Under the pieces are notes generated by a model. The model was not told where the DNA came from. It saw only the letters and a program-made list of their open reading frames with translations, and did not search any database. This document shows positions 40,689 to 50,881 of a stretch of DNA of 64,000 nt, piece by piece. Both the position numbers and the translations under genes were made by a program. Numbering within the stretch: position 1 is the stretch's first letter; every line of letters starts with the position of its first letter. Source of the DNA: a virus; the IMG/VR virus record IMGVR_UViG_3300045988_175628. One strand, 5' to 3'.

Positions 40689-40762
40689 TATCTACAGAAT
40701 GACTCGAACATTCAACCTCTTCCTTATCAGGGAAGTGCGCTAACCAATTGCGCCATGTAGAT
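40689..40762 (-). tRNA. tRNA-Ile (anticodon GAT)
   Basis: Acceptor ATCTACA/TGTAGAT, D-arm GCGC…GCGC, anticodon stem CTTCC/GGAAG loop CTGATAA. Confidence 0.75.
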
Positions 40763-40863
40763 ATTTATAGTAGATGACATTTATTATTCAAGCCAAACAG
40801 AATATTAAAATAATTTGCTGTATGTCACCTTATAAAGCCTTTAATCATCAATCAGATAGATTG

Positions 40864-40950
40864 TACCGAGAACGGGAGTCGAACCCGCACGGCCATTACT
40901 GACCAGTGGATTTTCATCTGAATTTGATCAGATCGGACTATGTCTTCTCC
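40864..40950 (-). ncRNA. tRNA-like element (T-arm GCGGG-TTCGACT-CCCGT + TCTCGGT) with upstream TCA-containing hairpin ATCTGA-TCAAAT-TCAGAT
   Basis: No complementary 5' acceptor; 27-nt gap between the TCA hairpin and the T-arm is too long for a regular tRNA. Confidence 0.25.
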
Positions 40951-41059
40951 ATGCTTTTCAGTTTAGGAGGTGAGTATATAGTCTCTACACATTTAGAAAT
41001 ATTTCTATTTCACTTAGCTCGGCGTTATTATGGGCGGTTAACTCCATACCTTCACCGAA

Positions 41060-41605
41060 TTAGCCCACATTCACATCAGAAGTTTCCTTCTGAGTGCTCA
41101 ATCCTTCATCAATAGTACTATTGATAGATTTAGTAGATTTTCGTATTTTTTGTCTTTTACAGTAAGAATCTGTTTGTGAATGACAATTAGGACAAAGAAT
41201 TTGTAAATTTTCTAGTCTATCATCTAATGGATTTCCATTGATATGGTGGAGTTGTAGAGTAATAGGATTTCCTAATCACTCTGAAATACCACATATTTCA
41301 CATTTGTATTGTTTAAGTTTATGATTTAACACAAATTCCTTTGTTTTGGCACTTGGTTTTTTCCTTTCTCTTAAAACTAATACTTTAGTTACATCAATAT
41401 TATTACCAAAATTTGGATGACCATATTGGTTTCATCTTTGTCCAGTAAAATGTGATGTATCTATTTTAAATTCTTTACATCTATTTTGGAGATTAGAATA
41501 ATTTCCTCCCGTCTCCTTTAAATTAAAATACAGTATTAACTGTCTTCAAGAAGTGCAATTCTTAACTACACTTTCTAACATTTCCTTTGTATATTTTTTA
41601 TTCAT
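41060..41605 (-). CDS. HNH homing endonuclease (in-frame TGA)
   Basis: Hand translation '…KQYKCEICGISEWLGNPITLQLHHINGNPLDDRLENLQILCPNCH…'; W from TGA; not in ORF list. Confidence 0.6.
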
Positions 41606-42285
41606 ATCACAAAGATAAATATTATTTTTGAAAACAGCAAATACAAAGACAAAAATTACTTATGTCTACCTATAAAGTCCACTGCGGCTGCCATTTCGCC
41701 ATCTCGGTATCTTGTTTTGACTAGCTTTCTCGAATTATCTTCGACTCTTCACAAGACTGTAGCACTTTTTGCGTTTTCCTGCCTTTGTTAGATTGGTGTA
41801 TTTTACCATTAAATCTACAACGATGGACTATTTTTCTTCTAGTTGAAGTAGTATAGTTACTAACCTAATACTAAGTGTTAGGATTTTTGGATTTATATTG
41901 TAAATCCTAAATGGTCTAAAAAATAAATAAAATATACAACCATACTTAGTGCTATGAGCTTCCTCTAAGTTACTTACGCGTTTTCGCTTAGAAAATTCTA
42001 AACTAAGTGATCCTACTCTTTGGTAGATTAATTATGGCTGCCACTTAGTGACAGAATTTAACTCTCGTTTTACGTATATTTTTATTTAGTAAAATAAAAG
42101 ATTTCAATGAATATATATCTCCCAAAGATAATTCATCGTGAATTCATACATAATCAATTCTCATCAAGTTAATCACCAGTGATCTTGGGAAATCACTATC
42201 TGTTGACCATAGATTATTTCGAACTATCACTTCACTGTTTTCTTAATAATAGAATTTTATAAAATATTAAGTTATCAGCTGTATT

Positions 42286-42645
42286 TTATAGCATCTTCAA
42301 TGCAGCCTGTAATCCAGATTCTAAACAATCCTCATACTGACCACACCAAATTTCTTGGGCTACCTTGGACTCTTGGATTGAAGATTTAGGATGTAAGGGA
42401 ACTATAATCCAGTAATATGATAGAGTCTCGTCTAATGTTACTAATACAGCTATTCCATGTTCTTCTCTCAGCCACTGTTGTAATTCTGCTTGATAGGGGG
42501 CTGAGCAATCAAAGTCAGGAATAATTCCTAAACTATAATTATGCTCAGTAACGAGATTACCATGTTTATTATAAAAAGTTTCATCATATTCTAAATAGCC
42601 TTTTTCAAAAGCTAATTTTGCAGTTTCATAACTAATCCTTTTCAT
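42286..42645 (-). CDS. hypothetical protein
   Basis: 119-aa ORF. Confidence 0.35.
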   Translation of the reverse strand: MKRISYETAKLAFEKGYLEYDETFYNKHGNLVTEHNYSLGIIPDFDCSAPYQAELQQWLREEHGIAVLVTLDETLSYYWIIVPLHPKSSIQESKVAQEIWCGQYEDCLESGLQAALKML

Positions 42646-42889
42646 AGTATATCCATCTATACGTTGTATCAGTATCTCTTATAGTATATACTTTTCCAAG
42701 TTTTCCTTCTTCATATGCTTTCATATGCATATTACATACCAGATCACTTTTAGTAAAAAAAGCTATCGCCACAAATATACTAAAATATATTATGGATACC
42801 AAAGCTTTTTCATAAAAATTTTCACAACCATTAAGCATTCCAACGTAAATGATTGTTAAAATTACAATTATCCAAACCAAAAATCCCAT
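42632..42889 (-). CDS. small membrane protein
   Basis: Two predicted TM helices. Confidence 0.35.
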   Translation of the reverse strand: MGFLVWIIVILTIIYVGMLNGCENFYEKALVSIIYFSIFVAIAFFTKSDLVCNMHMKAYEEGKLGKVYTIRDTDTTYRWIYYEKD

Positions 42890-42890
42890 A

Positions 42891-43184
42891 TTATCCTACT
42901 CCGTATTCTTTAAGAAAATCAATATTTCTACGACAAAGTCCTCTTATAGTAGCCACTTTGTGTGCAAAATTACCAGTTGTGGTTTCTGAAGCCAATTGAA
43001 TAATATTCATAAGATTACAATATGGCATACCTTTTCCATATTGTTTATTTACTTCATATGCCATAGAACCACAAATTCCAACAATGTAAAGCATTTGTTG
43101 AGGAACATTTTGTGCAGTTGTTCCGTTACAAGCTCTAATAACCCTCTGGAATGTTGCTATAATATTTTTTATTTCGATTTTCAT
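42891..43184 (-). CDS. hypothetical protein
   Basis: 97-aa ORF. Confidence 0.35.
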   Translation of the reverse strand: MKIEIKNIIATFQRVIRACNGTTAQNVPQQMLYIVGICGSMAYEVNKQYGKGMPYCNLMNIIQLASETTTGNFAHKVATIRGLCRRNIDFLKEYGVG

Positions 43185-43200
43185 ATTTAAATCATATTAG

Positions 43201-43274
43201 TGGACCCTACAGGGCTTGAACCTGTGACCTCCTGATTATGAGTCAGATGCTCTAACCAACTGAGCTAAGGGTCC
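43201..43274 (-). tRNA. tRNA with CAT anticodon (Met or lysidine-type Ile2)
   Basis: Acceptor GGACCCT/AGGGTCC, D-arm GCTCAGTTGGTTAGAGC, anticodon stem TCTGA/TCAGG loop CTCATAA, T-loop TTCAAGC. Confidence 0.7.
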
Positions 43275-43864
43275 ATAAATCCTATCTCTTACTTAGTCAT
43301 TGATAGGACAAAATGGCTTTCAAGTATGCAAGTACCAACAGAGAATTCGTTAAACATTCCTATTATTGGATTCACTAAGTCTTTTACTTAAGCCTGAAAG
43401 TCTATTAAAAAGATCATGTTACTTTCTTATTGGGAGAGCGAGCCTTACGTTTATGTCTCCACTTATTGTCTTAAAAATGCGCATTATCGACAGCTCTAGA
43501 GTTATATCCAGTCTTTCGGTCCAGTGTAACATCTGGAGAAGTAAAGATTGTTTAATGATCACTCAACAATCTCGCATGATCTAAAAACAATTACTCCTAT
43601 CAGTTAAATTAATAAGCGTTTGTAATAGATGTTGTATCTATCACTCCTTTTAATTCTTCATCTTTTAACTTCGAATAATCAAAATCTGGAGATGCTAAGA
43701 TTTTAGGAATATATTTCTCTCGAAACATATTAATAAAGAAGGGTTTATCAATAATCTTTGCTTTTTTAAACTCTATTAAGCAAATTCCTACCTGCAGAAA
43801 TAATATTTGTGGTACTTCGTACTCCTTTTGTTTATAATAAATAGAATACATAAATTTAAGCTTT

Positions 43865-44143
43865 TTATCCTTTAATCCTTAGATATTCTATAGGAATTCC
43901 AAATATCTCAGAAATTTCCTTCTTGGAAATCTCACGATATTTTGGCCATAAAGTTTTATTAGAATTACCATCTTTGATATTAGTAATGGTATTTTCATCA
44001 AGATATCCAGTGTATTTACCACTACCAAGATTAGCAAATACAAATGAATTATTTTGATCTTCTTCAGCAAGCACTACATAATGTTTTTTACATACAGTAG
44101 TTATTATCATCCCTGCAGCTAATTCAACCCCTCTTAATTTCAT
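43865..44143 (-). CDS. hypothetical protein
   Basis: 92-aa ORF. Confidence 0.3.
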   Translation of the reverse strand: MKLRGVELAAGMIITTVCKKHYVVLAEEDQNNSFVFANLGSGKYTGYLDENTITNIKDGNSNKTLWPKYREISKKEISEIFGIPIEYLRIKG

Positions 44144-44146
44144 AAT

Positions 44147-44512
44147 TTATTCTTCTTGCTTTTCTTCAGGAACGATAGAATCTAAAAATCGGTTAAGAGC
44201 TTCAAAAGATTTTTCGGGTAGCTCTTGCAAGGCTTTAGAATCCTTGATTATCTTTGTTGCTACGGTGATTCCAAGAATCTGATAAGAGGTTTCCTTTGAA
44301 GGGATAAGTACTGTCAAGAACAAAGAGGGGATTCCAATTATTAAAAATTTTTTCCACCACCTCTTAGCCGTTGCTAACTCACAGTCCAAGTTAGCGTAGG
44401 TAATAGCGGTGACGATAAACCCAACTATACTAATAACTAAAAATAGTGTTGCAACAGATTTTACTCCATCAGCTATTGAACAAAGGTACATTAACCAACC
44501 TAAATTTTCCAT
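44147..44512 (-). CDS. membrane protein
   Basis: 3 TM segments. Confidence 0.35.
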   Translation of the reverse strand: MENLGWLMYLCSIADGVKSVATLFLVISIVGFIVTAITYANLDCELATAKRWWKKFLIIGIPSLFLTVLIPSKETSYQILGITVATKIIKDSKALQELPEKSFEALNRFLDSIVPEEKQEE

Positions 44513-44731
44513 AAGATTTATCTTTACAAAATTGTTTCTAATTATCGTTCGAAATTATATGCTAAACTAAGAAAAGCTATAATCATCATTATTGTATTAA
44601 CAATAGGGACTGCTATCAATATAAATCTTACCACAGCTCCTAGGTCCTCTGTTTCCTGCAAGTATACATACGTTACAAAGGCACTGATTTCATAGACGAT
44701 TGTAAAGCACACTATAAGAATATCCATCAAC

Positions 44732-45004
44732 CTAATTCTTCCATGTTTCTATTTTATATAAACTGTTTAATGTTCTAAATTCTGTGTCAGAAATAATTTC
44801 AGTTACCAAGGATGTGTGAAAATTAGGTGTATTGGTAATAGAAATTCTGTTATAGGGATAAAGGAAGAACATCTCTCCTACTTTAGGAGGCTCTAACATA
44901 TAACCCTCTTCCGTATAACCTTGTTCAATCCCATTGGGATGGAATCCAGCAGGAATTCGACCTGTAATTCCAGTTTTAATAAGTTTTACGCGCTTATATT
45001 TCAT
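44732..45004 (-). CDS. hypothetical protein
   Basis: 90-aa ORF. Confidence 0.3.
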   Translation of the reverse strand: MKYKRVKLIKTGITGRIPAGFHPNGIEQGYTEEGYMLEPPKVGEMFFLYPYNRISITNTPNFHTSLVTEIISDTEFRTLNSLYKIETWKN

Positions 45005-45094
45005 TGATTATCTCCGAATATTTTTCAACTACTAGTTCTCTTACTTTTTTAGAAAAATTACTTTGATGCTTTCTAATATTATAATATGCAACTT

Positions 45095-45367
45095 CTAAAT
45101 CTCCCATGAAACAACTCCTGCATCAAAAAGAATCTTGTCTCTTGTTCTTTTTTGCTTTCCTTTAAACGGAAGAAAAAGAATCATAAAATCCGTATACTCA
45201 TACAATACGAGATCAAAATTAGCATCTAATTCCGCCTTATTAAGATTCTCCTGTACAAGTTCAATTTCTTTTATTTCTTTAGGAATCTCAAAATTATCTT
45301 TTCCATATATAAGGAATTCTGAGGCTTCTGTAGAATATTCTGTAAGTTTATATTTATTAAGTTTCAT
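45095..45367 (-). CDS. hypothetical protein
   Basis: 90-aa ORF. Confidence 0.3.
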   Translation of the reverse strand: MKLNKYKLTEYSTEASEFLIYGKDNFEIPKEIKEIELVQENLNKAELDANFDLVLYEYTDFMILFLPFKGKQKRTRDKILFDAGVVSWEI

Positions 45368-45385
45368 AATTTCAAAAAATATTAG

Positions 45386-45458
45386 TAGTCTGTAGAGGAT
45401 TCAAACCTCTGTTTTAGGCCTGAGAAACCTATATCCTGGATCACCAGATGAACAGACC
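45386..45458 (-). tRNA. tRNA with anticodon loop TTCTCAG (anticodon CTC, Glu-like)
   Basis: Acceptor GGTCTGT/ACAGACT, anticodon stem TAGGT/GCCTA, T-arm AGAGG-TTTGAAT-CCTCT; D-arm weak. Confidence 0.5.
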
Positions 45459-45655
45459 AAATTGAATATTACCAAAGAGGATACCCTTGAGCTCCTAGTT
45501 GGTAATACCCGATGGATTTTTTACTGTGAGGATCAACTACCCAAAAAACCTTCATAATAAGTTTAACGAGATTTCCAGCATGAGCTCGGCTATTTTCAAG
45601 GTAAATGCAACCTACGCATTATATAGGAGCGTCCCTAACTAAAACAAGTTTAGTG

Positions 45656-45726
45656 TAGTGGAGAGTAGATTCAAACTACTGTTTCCAGCTGAGAACTGAC
45701 GTCCTAAGTCACTAGACGACTCCACC
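45656..45726 (-). tRNA. tRNA with anticodon loop TTCTCAG (CTC); body paralogous to tRNA-Glu(TTC) at 54908..54981
   Basis: Acceptor GGTGGAG/CTCCACT, D-arm GTCT-AGTGACTTA-GGAC nearly identical to the Glu(TTC) tRNA, anticodon stem only 4 bp. Confidence 0.5.
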
Positions 45727-45773
45727 ATAAAAGTCAGGGAATTAATCCCTGACTAAAATTTCAAAGAACCTTT

Positions 45774-45932
45774 TTACTTCCATTTAAGAAGGTAGGCTGC
45801 GTTGTGGCGCACCATACGTTGAATACGCTGATAGACGATTTCGCCATCCTTGTTACGCTTTACATTACCCTCTGCATCGTATACTTTCTCTTTAAAGTAC
45901 ATAGGAAAAGCCTTGAAATTGATTTTACTCAT
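45774..45932 (-). CDS. small hypothetical protein (52 aa, MSKINFKAFPMYFKEK…), higher local GC
   Basis: Hand-translated minus ORF between tRNA and ABC ATPase gene. Confidence 0.35.
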   Translation of the reverse strand: MSKINFKAFPMYFKEKVYDAEGNVKRNKDGEIVYQRIQRMVRHNAAYLLKWK

Positions 45933-46761
45933 GTGTTTCTGACATTATTTGTTCTACTTGTTTCACATAATTTGCAAATGCTGTTGTTTGTCGAATTGCG
46001 TCTGTTCTCCTACCGTCAAAGTGGACATCAATGACAGCCTGAACTTTACAGGGATTAGGAGCCAAAATATAAATTCGATTTGAGAGATATACAGCCTCCT
46101 CAATGCTATGTGTAACATTAAGGATTGTAGGATCGAATTTGGCGTTATAATAGATATCCAAAATAGTGTTTTGAATCTCTCGTTTCATAACAATATCTAA
46201 TGCACCAGTTGCTTCATCTAACAAAAGAATTTTGTTATCCGCAACTAACGCTCTTGCCATCGAAACTCTCTGGAGTTGTCCTCCTGATAAAACAGGATAT
46301 TGCCCCCATTTAGTTTCATTACCTTCCAGACCTACAATTTTAATCATTTCCATAGCCTTTTCGGTAGCTTCTTTGTCAGAAACTCCTCTGAGGATGAGCG
46401 GAAGTTTTACATTGTCAAGAACTGACATCCATGGAAATGACGAATATTGTTGAAATACCATAGGAATTTTTCCTGTTTGAGGTTTCCCATAAACAAGAAC
46501 TTCACCTGAATCAGGTTTTGTCAAACCTGAGATGATTTTTAGAAGTTGAGATTTACCACAACCACTTTTTCCTAAGATACTGATGAATTGTCCTTCTCCT
46601 GAAAAATCTTTAATGTCCAAATTAAAATCCTCAAAAAGAGTAAATTTTCCTTTAGGAGTATCAAAGGACTGGTTAAGATTCTTCAAATTAATTACATCTA
46701 CAGCTTCATAACGAGCTGTAGAAACTGGGATGGTCCCAGTTAAACCATCAAAGAGTCCCAT
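45925..46761 (-). CDS. ABC transporter ATP-binding protein (SsuB/TauB/NrtD-like)
   Basis: Walker A 'GKSGCGKS', signature 'LSGGQLQRVSMARAL', Walker B 'LLLDEATGALD'. Confidence 0.85.
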   Translation of the reverse strand: MGLFDGLTGTIPVSTARYEAVDVINLKNLNQSFDTPKGKFTLFEDFNLDIKDFSGEGQFISILGKSGCGKSQLLKIISGLTKPDSGEVLVYGKPQTGKIPMVFQQYSSFPWMSVLDNVKLPLILRGVSDKEATEKAMEMIKIVGLEGNETKWGQYPVLSGGQLQRVSMARALVADNKILLLDEATGALDIVMKREIQNTILDIYYNAKFDPTILNVTHSIEEAVYLSNRIYILAPNPCKVQAVIDVHFDGRRTDAIRQTTAFANYVKQVEQIMSETHE

Positions 46762-46763
46762 AC

Positions 46764-47600
46764 TTATTTCATTATTTTGGATTTGATGGACGGTTTATTA
46801 TACTTTGAAGGAAAAAGTATAACATCCAATTTTTTCAGAAGGACATCTTGGAAAATTCCGATAGCAATAATCAAGAAGAGAAGTGCATAAACCTCAGCAG
46901 TTCTTGATTGTCTACTCATTATATTTATCAACGCACCGATTCCCCCTTCTTTATTAAGAGTTTCCGCAATTACTATATACGTATAAGAAATTGCGGTTAA
47001 ATTAATGACATCGGTTGAAACTCGTTGCATCACATAAGGAAAATAAACATATCGAAATTTTTGCCAATTAGTAGCACCTAACGTTGAGATGGTTTGTAAA
47101 TACACATAATCCTTGTCATTAGCAGGATTCTGAAGTTCAGAAACTCTTTGTACAACAACAGGAAGAATGTAAATAATGATACCGAAAGCCAAGAAACTAG
47201 CTTTCATTTCAAATCCTATACCTATGGCAGCAATAAAAATGCCAGATACTGCAGGAATAGGCAAATATCGAAGAGCATCAAAATACTTACCAAACAACGC
47301 TTTGGTAACGGGAAACAATCCTATAATAAGGCCCAAAGGGATTGCAATAATTAAAGCATAGAAGTATCCCATGAGATTCAGCTTTATTGTATACCAGGTA
47401 TTGGTAAAAAGAGCTGAATTAGAGATTAAATCTGGATATGCCTTGAGCACATTTACAGGATTAGGTAAAATCTGAGGGCGAATAATTTCTCCTGACATGG
47501 TAACTAAGTACCACAGGAGCAACAAAACTACTGCTCCTATGATACCTGTTGCCAATGCTTGTTTATGGGTGATCGTCCCACCCATTTTGAACAGTTCCAT
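46764..47600 (-). CDS. ABC transporter permease (SsuC/TauC-type BPD transmembrane domain)
   Basis: 6-TM permease with EAA-like loop; adjacent to ATPase and binding protein. Confidence 0.75.
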   Translation of the reverse strand: MELFKMGGTITHKQALATGIIGAVVLLLLWYLVTMSGEIIRPQILPNPVNVLKAYPDLISNSALFTNTWYTIKLNLMGYFYALIIAIPLGLIIGLFPVTKALFGKYFDALRYLPIPAVSGIFIAAIGIGFEMKASFLAFGIIIYILPVVVQRVSELQNPANDKDYVYLQTISTLGATNWQKFRYVYFPYVMQRVSTDVINLTAISYTYIVIAETLNKEGGIGALINIMSRQSRTAEVYALLFLIIAIGIFQDVLLKKLDVILFPSKYNKPSIKSKIMK

Positions 47601-47601
47601 A

Positions 47602-49128
47602 TTACTCAGTTACGAGCATAAAGTCCGTCGTTCGATAGTTGATGTTAGAACCCTGCACACCATCACGGATTGCATTTTTGGGACCGTTACCAACAATAAT
47701 GAACCGATTAGGATCGAAGCCATAGTAATTAATTAAATAATTAGCTACAGCTTGAGCCCTTCGAGATGAAAGAGCCTCATTATATGCGCGATTTCCCGTA
47801 TTGTCAGTATTACCTTCAATACGAACACGCGCATTATTGAACTGTTTAGCAATAGGAACAAACTCCCTATCAATAAGAGCTCGAGCATCATTGTCAAGAG
47901 TATTGCCATTAACAGGGAAATTAATGGTCAACTTCTTATTAGAAATTGCTTCCTTCTCCCTAACCTCTGACGTTACGGCAGAAAACTTAACCGCAGGTTG
48001 CGGAGCCTGATTGCCTTGCACAGTACCTTCTACAGAAAGCTCCTCAATAAAGGACATATCAGAAACTTTACGCCACCCCAAAGGACTTTTAGTAAGTCCC
48101 AGACCAGCATAGGTTCGAGCCATTTTTGAATAGATTTCCTCAGCCTTCATTCCCATATAATCAGAAGTCATACCAAAGAAATTCTCTTCATCACCAAGGG
48201 TTGCAAACCAGATATTTCCACATCCTACCTCAGCAAATTCGGGATCCGTACCAAATGCTTTAGCAAAGATCTTTGCAGCTTCTTTTACTGCACTCGGGTT
48301 TTGATTCAAGGTAGAATTGGCATAAAGAATCGCAGAAATAAGCTTTTTAACATTGTCATGATTCTTATCCAGCCACTCTGCCTTTCCTACGAGACCATCC
48401 GTTACAAGATCTTTTGCATGCTTAGTCGAAACAAGTACTCTTGAGCCTGGAATAGCATCTACACAAGCTTGATCATCAGGAGCCCATGTAACACAAGCAT
48501 CCACCTGTCCAGCCTTAAAAGTATCCGCTGCAGCACCTCCATTATCAACTTTCACAAGTGTTACGTCATGCTGGCTAATTCCATTCGTTTCAAGAACATT
48601 CAGGAGGAGTGTATGAGATGCAGTTCCTTCGGCTACCGCAATCTTTTTACCCTTCAAATCCGCAACAGTACGAATGTTTTTAGTAACTACCATTGCGTCT
48701 GCCCCCTGAGAACGATTAAGCATCATCACATACTTAGCATTATTCATCGCGGAGCCTTCACCCATCTCTACAGCTAATACATCTGTAGTACAATAGATAA
48801 GATCAATATCTCCGTTAAGAAATGCATTCCGTCCAGCAACAAAATCATCCTGAATAATGATATTAGCACGAATGCCATACTCTTTAGTCAGGATAGACTC
48901 ATCATTAGGACGAAGACCACCATTAATCCACACGATGGGAGCAAAGCCTGCATACGTGTTAACTCCGATGTTGATGGTCGGTTTTCCTCCGAAGATGTCG
49001 CCGAGACCCGAAGTAGAGGATGATCCCGACGACGATGAGGAAGGGACGACAGCTTTGATTACGAAAAACGCTGCAATTACAGCGACCATGATCAGGACTA
49101 TCTTGAATCCTGGTTTAAGTTGTGCCAT
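47602..49128 (-). CDS. ABC substrate-binding protein (NMT1/SsuA/TauA-like) fused to C-terminal OmpA/MotB peptidoglycan-binding domain
   Basis: N-terminal signal/TM, periplasmic binding fold, C-terminal 'NTDNTGNRAYNEALSSRRAQAVANYL' OmpA-like motif. Confidence 0.7.
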   Translation of the reverse strand: MAQLKPGFKIVLIMVAVIAAFFVIKAVVPSSSSSGSSSTSGLGDIFGGKPTINIGVNTYAGFAPIVWINGGLRPNDESILTKEYGIRANIIIQDDFVAGRNAFLNGDIDLIYCTTDVLAVEMGEGSAMNNAKYVMMLNRSQGADAMVVTKNIRTVADLKGKKIAVAEGTASHTLLLNVLETNGISQHDVTLVKVDNGGAAADTFKAGQVDACVTWAPDDQACVDAIPGSRVLVSTKHAKDLVTDGLVGKAEWLDKNHDNVKKLISAILYANSTLNQNPSAVKEAAKIFAKAFGTDPEFAEVGCGNIWFATLGDEENFFGMTSDYMGMKAEEIYSKMARTYAGLGLTKSPLGWRKVSDMSFIEELSVEGTVQGNQAPQPAVKFSAVTSEVREKEAISNKKLTINFPVNGNTLDNDARALIDREFVPIAKQFNNARVRIEGNTDNTGNRAYNEALSSRRAQAVANYLINYYGFDPNRFIIVGNGPKNAIRDGVQGSNINYRTTDFMLVTE

Positions 49129-49894
49129 TTTGTATTTTCTTTAAAATTTTTTCTAATTCAGTCAATCGTTGTAAAACTTCATCATTATTGTCCGAAGTAA
49201 CTTCATCAATAAATACAGATGATACAAATCCCATTCCGAATATACCAAAAACGAGAACTATACATGCTAAGAAGAACTTAGACAAATACCCCACTACATA
49301 GGAACTATGTTCAGCAATAGCATTTGGAATATCATACCAACCCTCAATAGAAAACAATCGGAAAACAGAATAAATACTTTCAAGGGGATTTCCAAAATAC
49401 TCTGGAACTATATTTCCATATAAGGATGATAAAATAATTGATAGTAGGAAAATTAATATAGATAATCCTACTAAAATTCCAACACAACTTCGAACTACTA
49501 ATTTAAAATTAATCAGCAGTTTCTTGTAATTTGGAATTAATTCAAATAATCGAAGACTCTTAAATATTCGAGTCAATCGCATTACTTGAATCCAATCTAA
49601 ACTAAATAATCCAAATAGTGGAATAGTTGAAATTACAACAATTGATAAATCAAACACACATTCTTTATCCTTAAAGAAAGTTTTACCAAAATATTTAATT
49701 TTGATAATCATCTCTATAATAAAGAATATGGTAAATGCCACATCAAGTGGCAAAAGTACATACTGAAATCGATGAAAAGACAATAAAAAAATCACTATAG
49801 TATTCAAAAGAATACATATAGCGATATTTCTATTATTCAAAAAGAATCTACTCACCCCAGAAATCGTCGAGAGATTTGGGAGTTTCGTTACCAT
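49115..49894 (-). CDS. ion-transport (voltage-gated-channel-like) membrane protein
   Basis: S4-type helix with Arg every third residue 'MRLTRIFKSLRLFELI', 6 TM. Confidence 0.55.
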   Translation of the reverse strand: MVTKLPNLSTISGVSRFFLNNRNIAICILLNTIVIFLLSFHRFQYVLLPLDVAFTIFFIIEMIIKIKYFGKTFFKDKECVFDLSIVVISTIPLFGLFSLDWIQVMRLTRIFKSLRLFELIPNYKKLLINFKLVVRSCVGILVGLSILIFLLSIILSSLYGNIVPEYFGNPLESIYSVFRLFSIEGWYDIPNAIAEHSSYVVGYLSKFFLACIVLVFGIFGMGFVSSVFIDEVTSDNNDEVLQRLTELEKILKKIQNGTT

Positions 49895-50879
49895 TTACAG
49901 GAACTTTGAGGATTTCTTGGAATTGAACATATTCCCCTACTTTAGGTGCAGAGATAGCCTTACGACTATCAGAGAACTTATTGAAGAGGCTATCAATTCC
50001 TGATTTATTATACCGCTCCAGTAATTCCTCTGCTCTCATGTTGGCAACTCCATTCTTTGCATCCAGATCAGCCAACATACCCGTAGTAGAATCAATGACA
50101 TGTTCCATTTCTCCAATTTTATCAGAGATATCTTTTGCCATGAAATCCATAGCATCAGTAAACATTGCCAATTCGTCAGGATCCCCCTTGACAATAGACA
50201 TTACGGATTTGAAAGCTTTATGCTGTGCACGGATACGTTCAAATGTTTTCTTACGAATATTTACTTCGTTAGTTACATCCTGAATCGTAAGATTAGCATA
50301 CTCTTCAAGCTTCTTTAACTTTTCAAACCACATTTCTGAGTTTTTAAGAGCAAGCAGCTGATCATCTAACGATTCTTTAAGACGAAGTGCCTGTCGTTTC
50401 TGAATAGTTGCCATTGCAACATTTCCATTACGTTCAGACACTTGTGCTTCATCCATACAGTTTCGCATTTCTTTAGTATCGTTCTGAATATCATTTTTAG
50501 AACGAATAATGCATCCTCTGAGATCCCCCATTACTTTCTTAATGTCAGCAGACTTTTTTTGCATATCACGGATACGCTGTTCCACGATAGCAATAGGATC
50601 AATTTCAATAACTAATCCTGTTAGCTTTCTCATTAACATGAAGTAAGTGGCAGAACAAATTTTTCGGAATTTGGGATCACACAGAAGATAAATAATTCCT
50701 GCAATTAATCCCAAAAGCAAACCAAGATACAGTGTATTGGATGCTAAGGTAATCAGGAAAGGCAATGCTTTATAAAAAAGCATTAACCCTCCTGCACCTA
50801 ACAAACCCAAAACTACCATACCAGTTTTACCTCCTGGTTTTTCCCAGTTAGAAAGACTAGAACCTTCAGGTAGCATCAT
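49848..50879 (-). CDS. membrane-anchored coiled-coil protein
   Basis: 343 aa, 2 TM then long coiled coil. Confidence 0.4.
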   Translation of the reverse strand: MMLPEGSSLSNWEKPGGKTGMVVLGLLGAGGLMLFYKALPFLITLASNTLYLGLLLGLIAGIIYLLCDPKFRKICSATYFMLMRKLTGLVIEIDPIAIVEQRIRDMQKKSADIKKVMGDLRGCIIRSKNDIQNDTKEMRNCMDEAQVSERNGNVAMATIQKRQALRLKESLDDQLLALKNSEMWFEKLKKLEEYANLTIQDVTNEVNIRKKTFERIRAQHKAFKSVMSIVKGDPDELAMFTDAMDFMAKDISDKIGEMEHVIDSTTGMLADLDAKNGVANMRAEELLERYNKSGIDSLFNKFSDSRKAISAPKVGEYVQFQEILKVPVNGNETPKSLDDFWGE

Positions 50880-50881
50880 GT

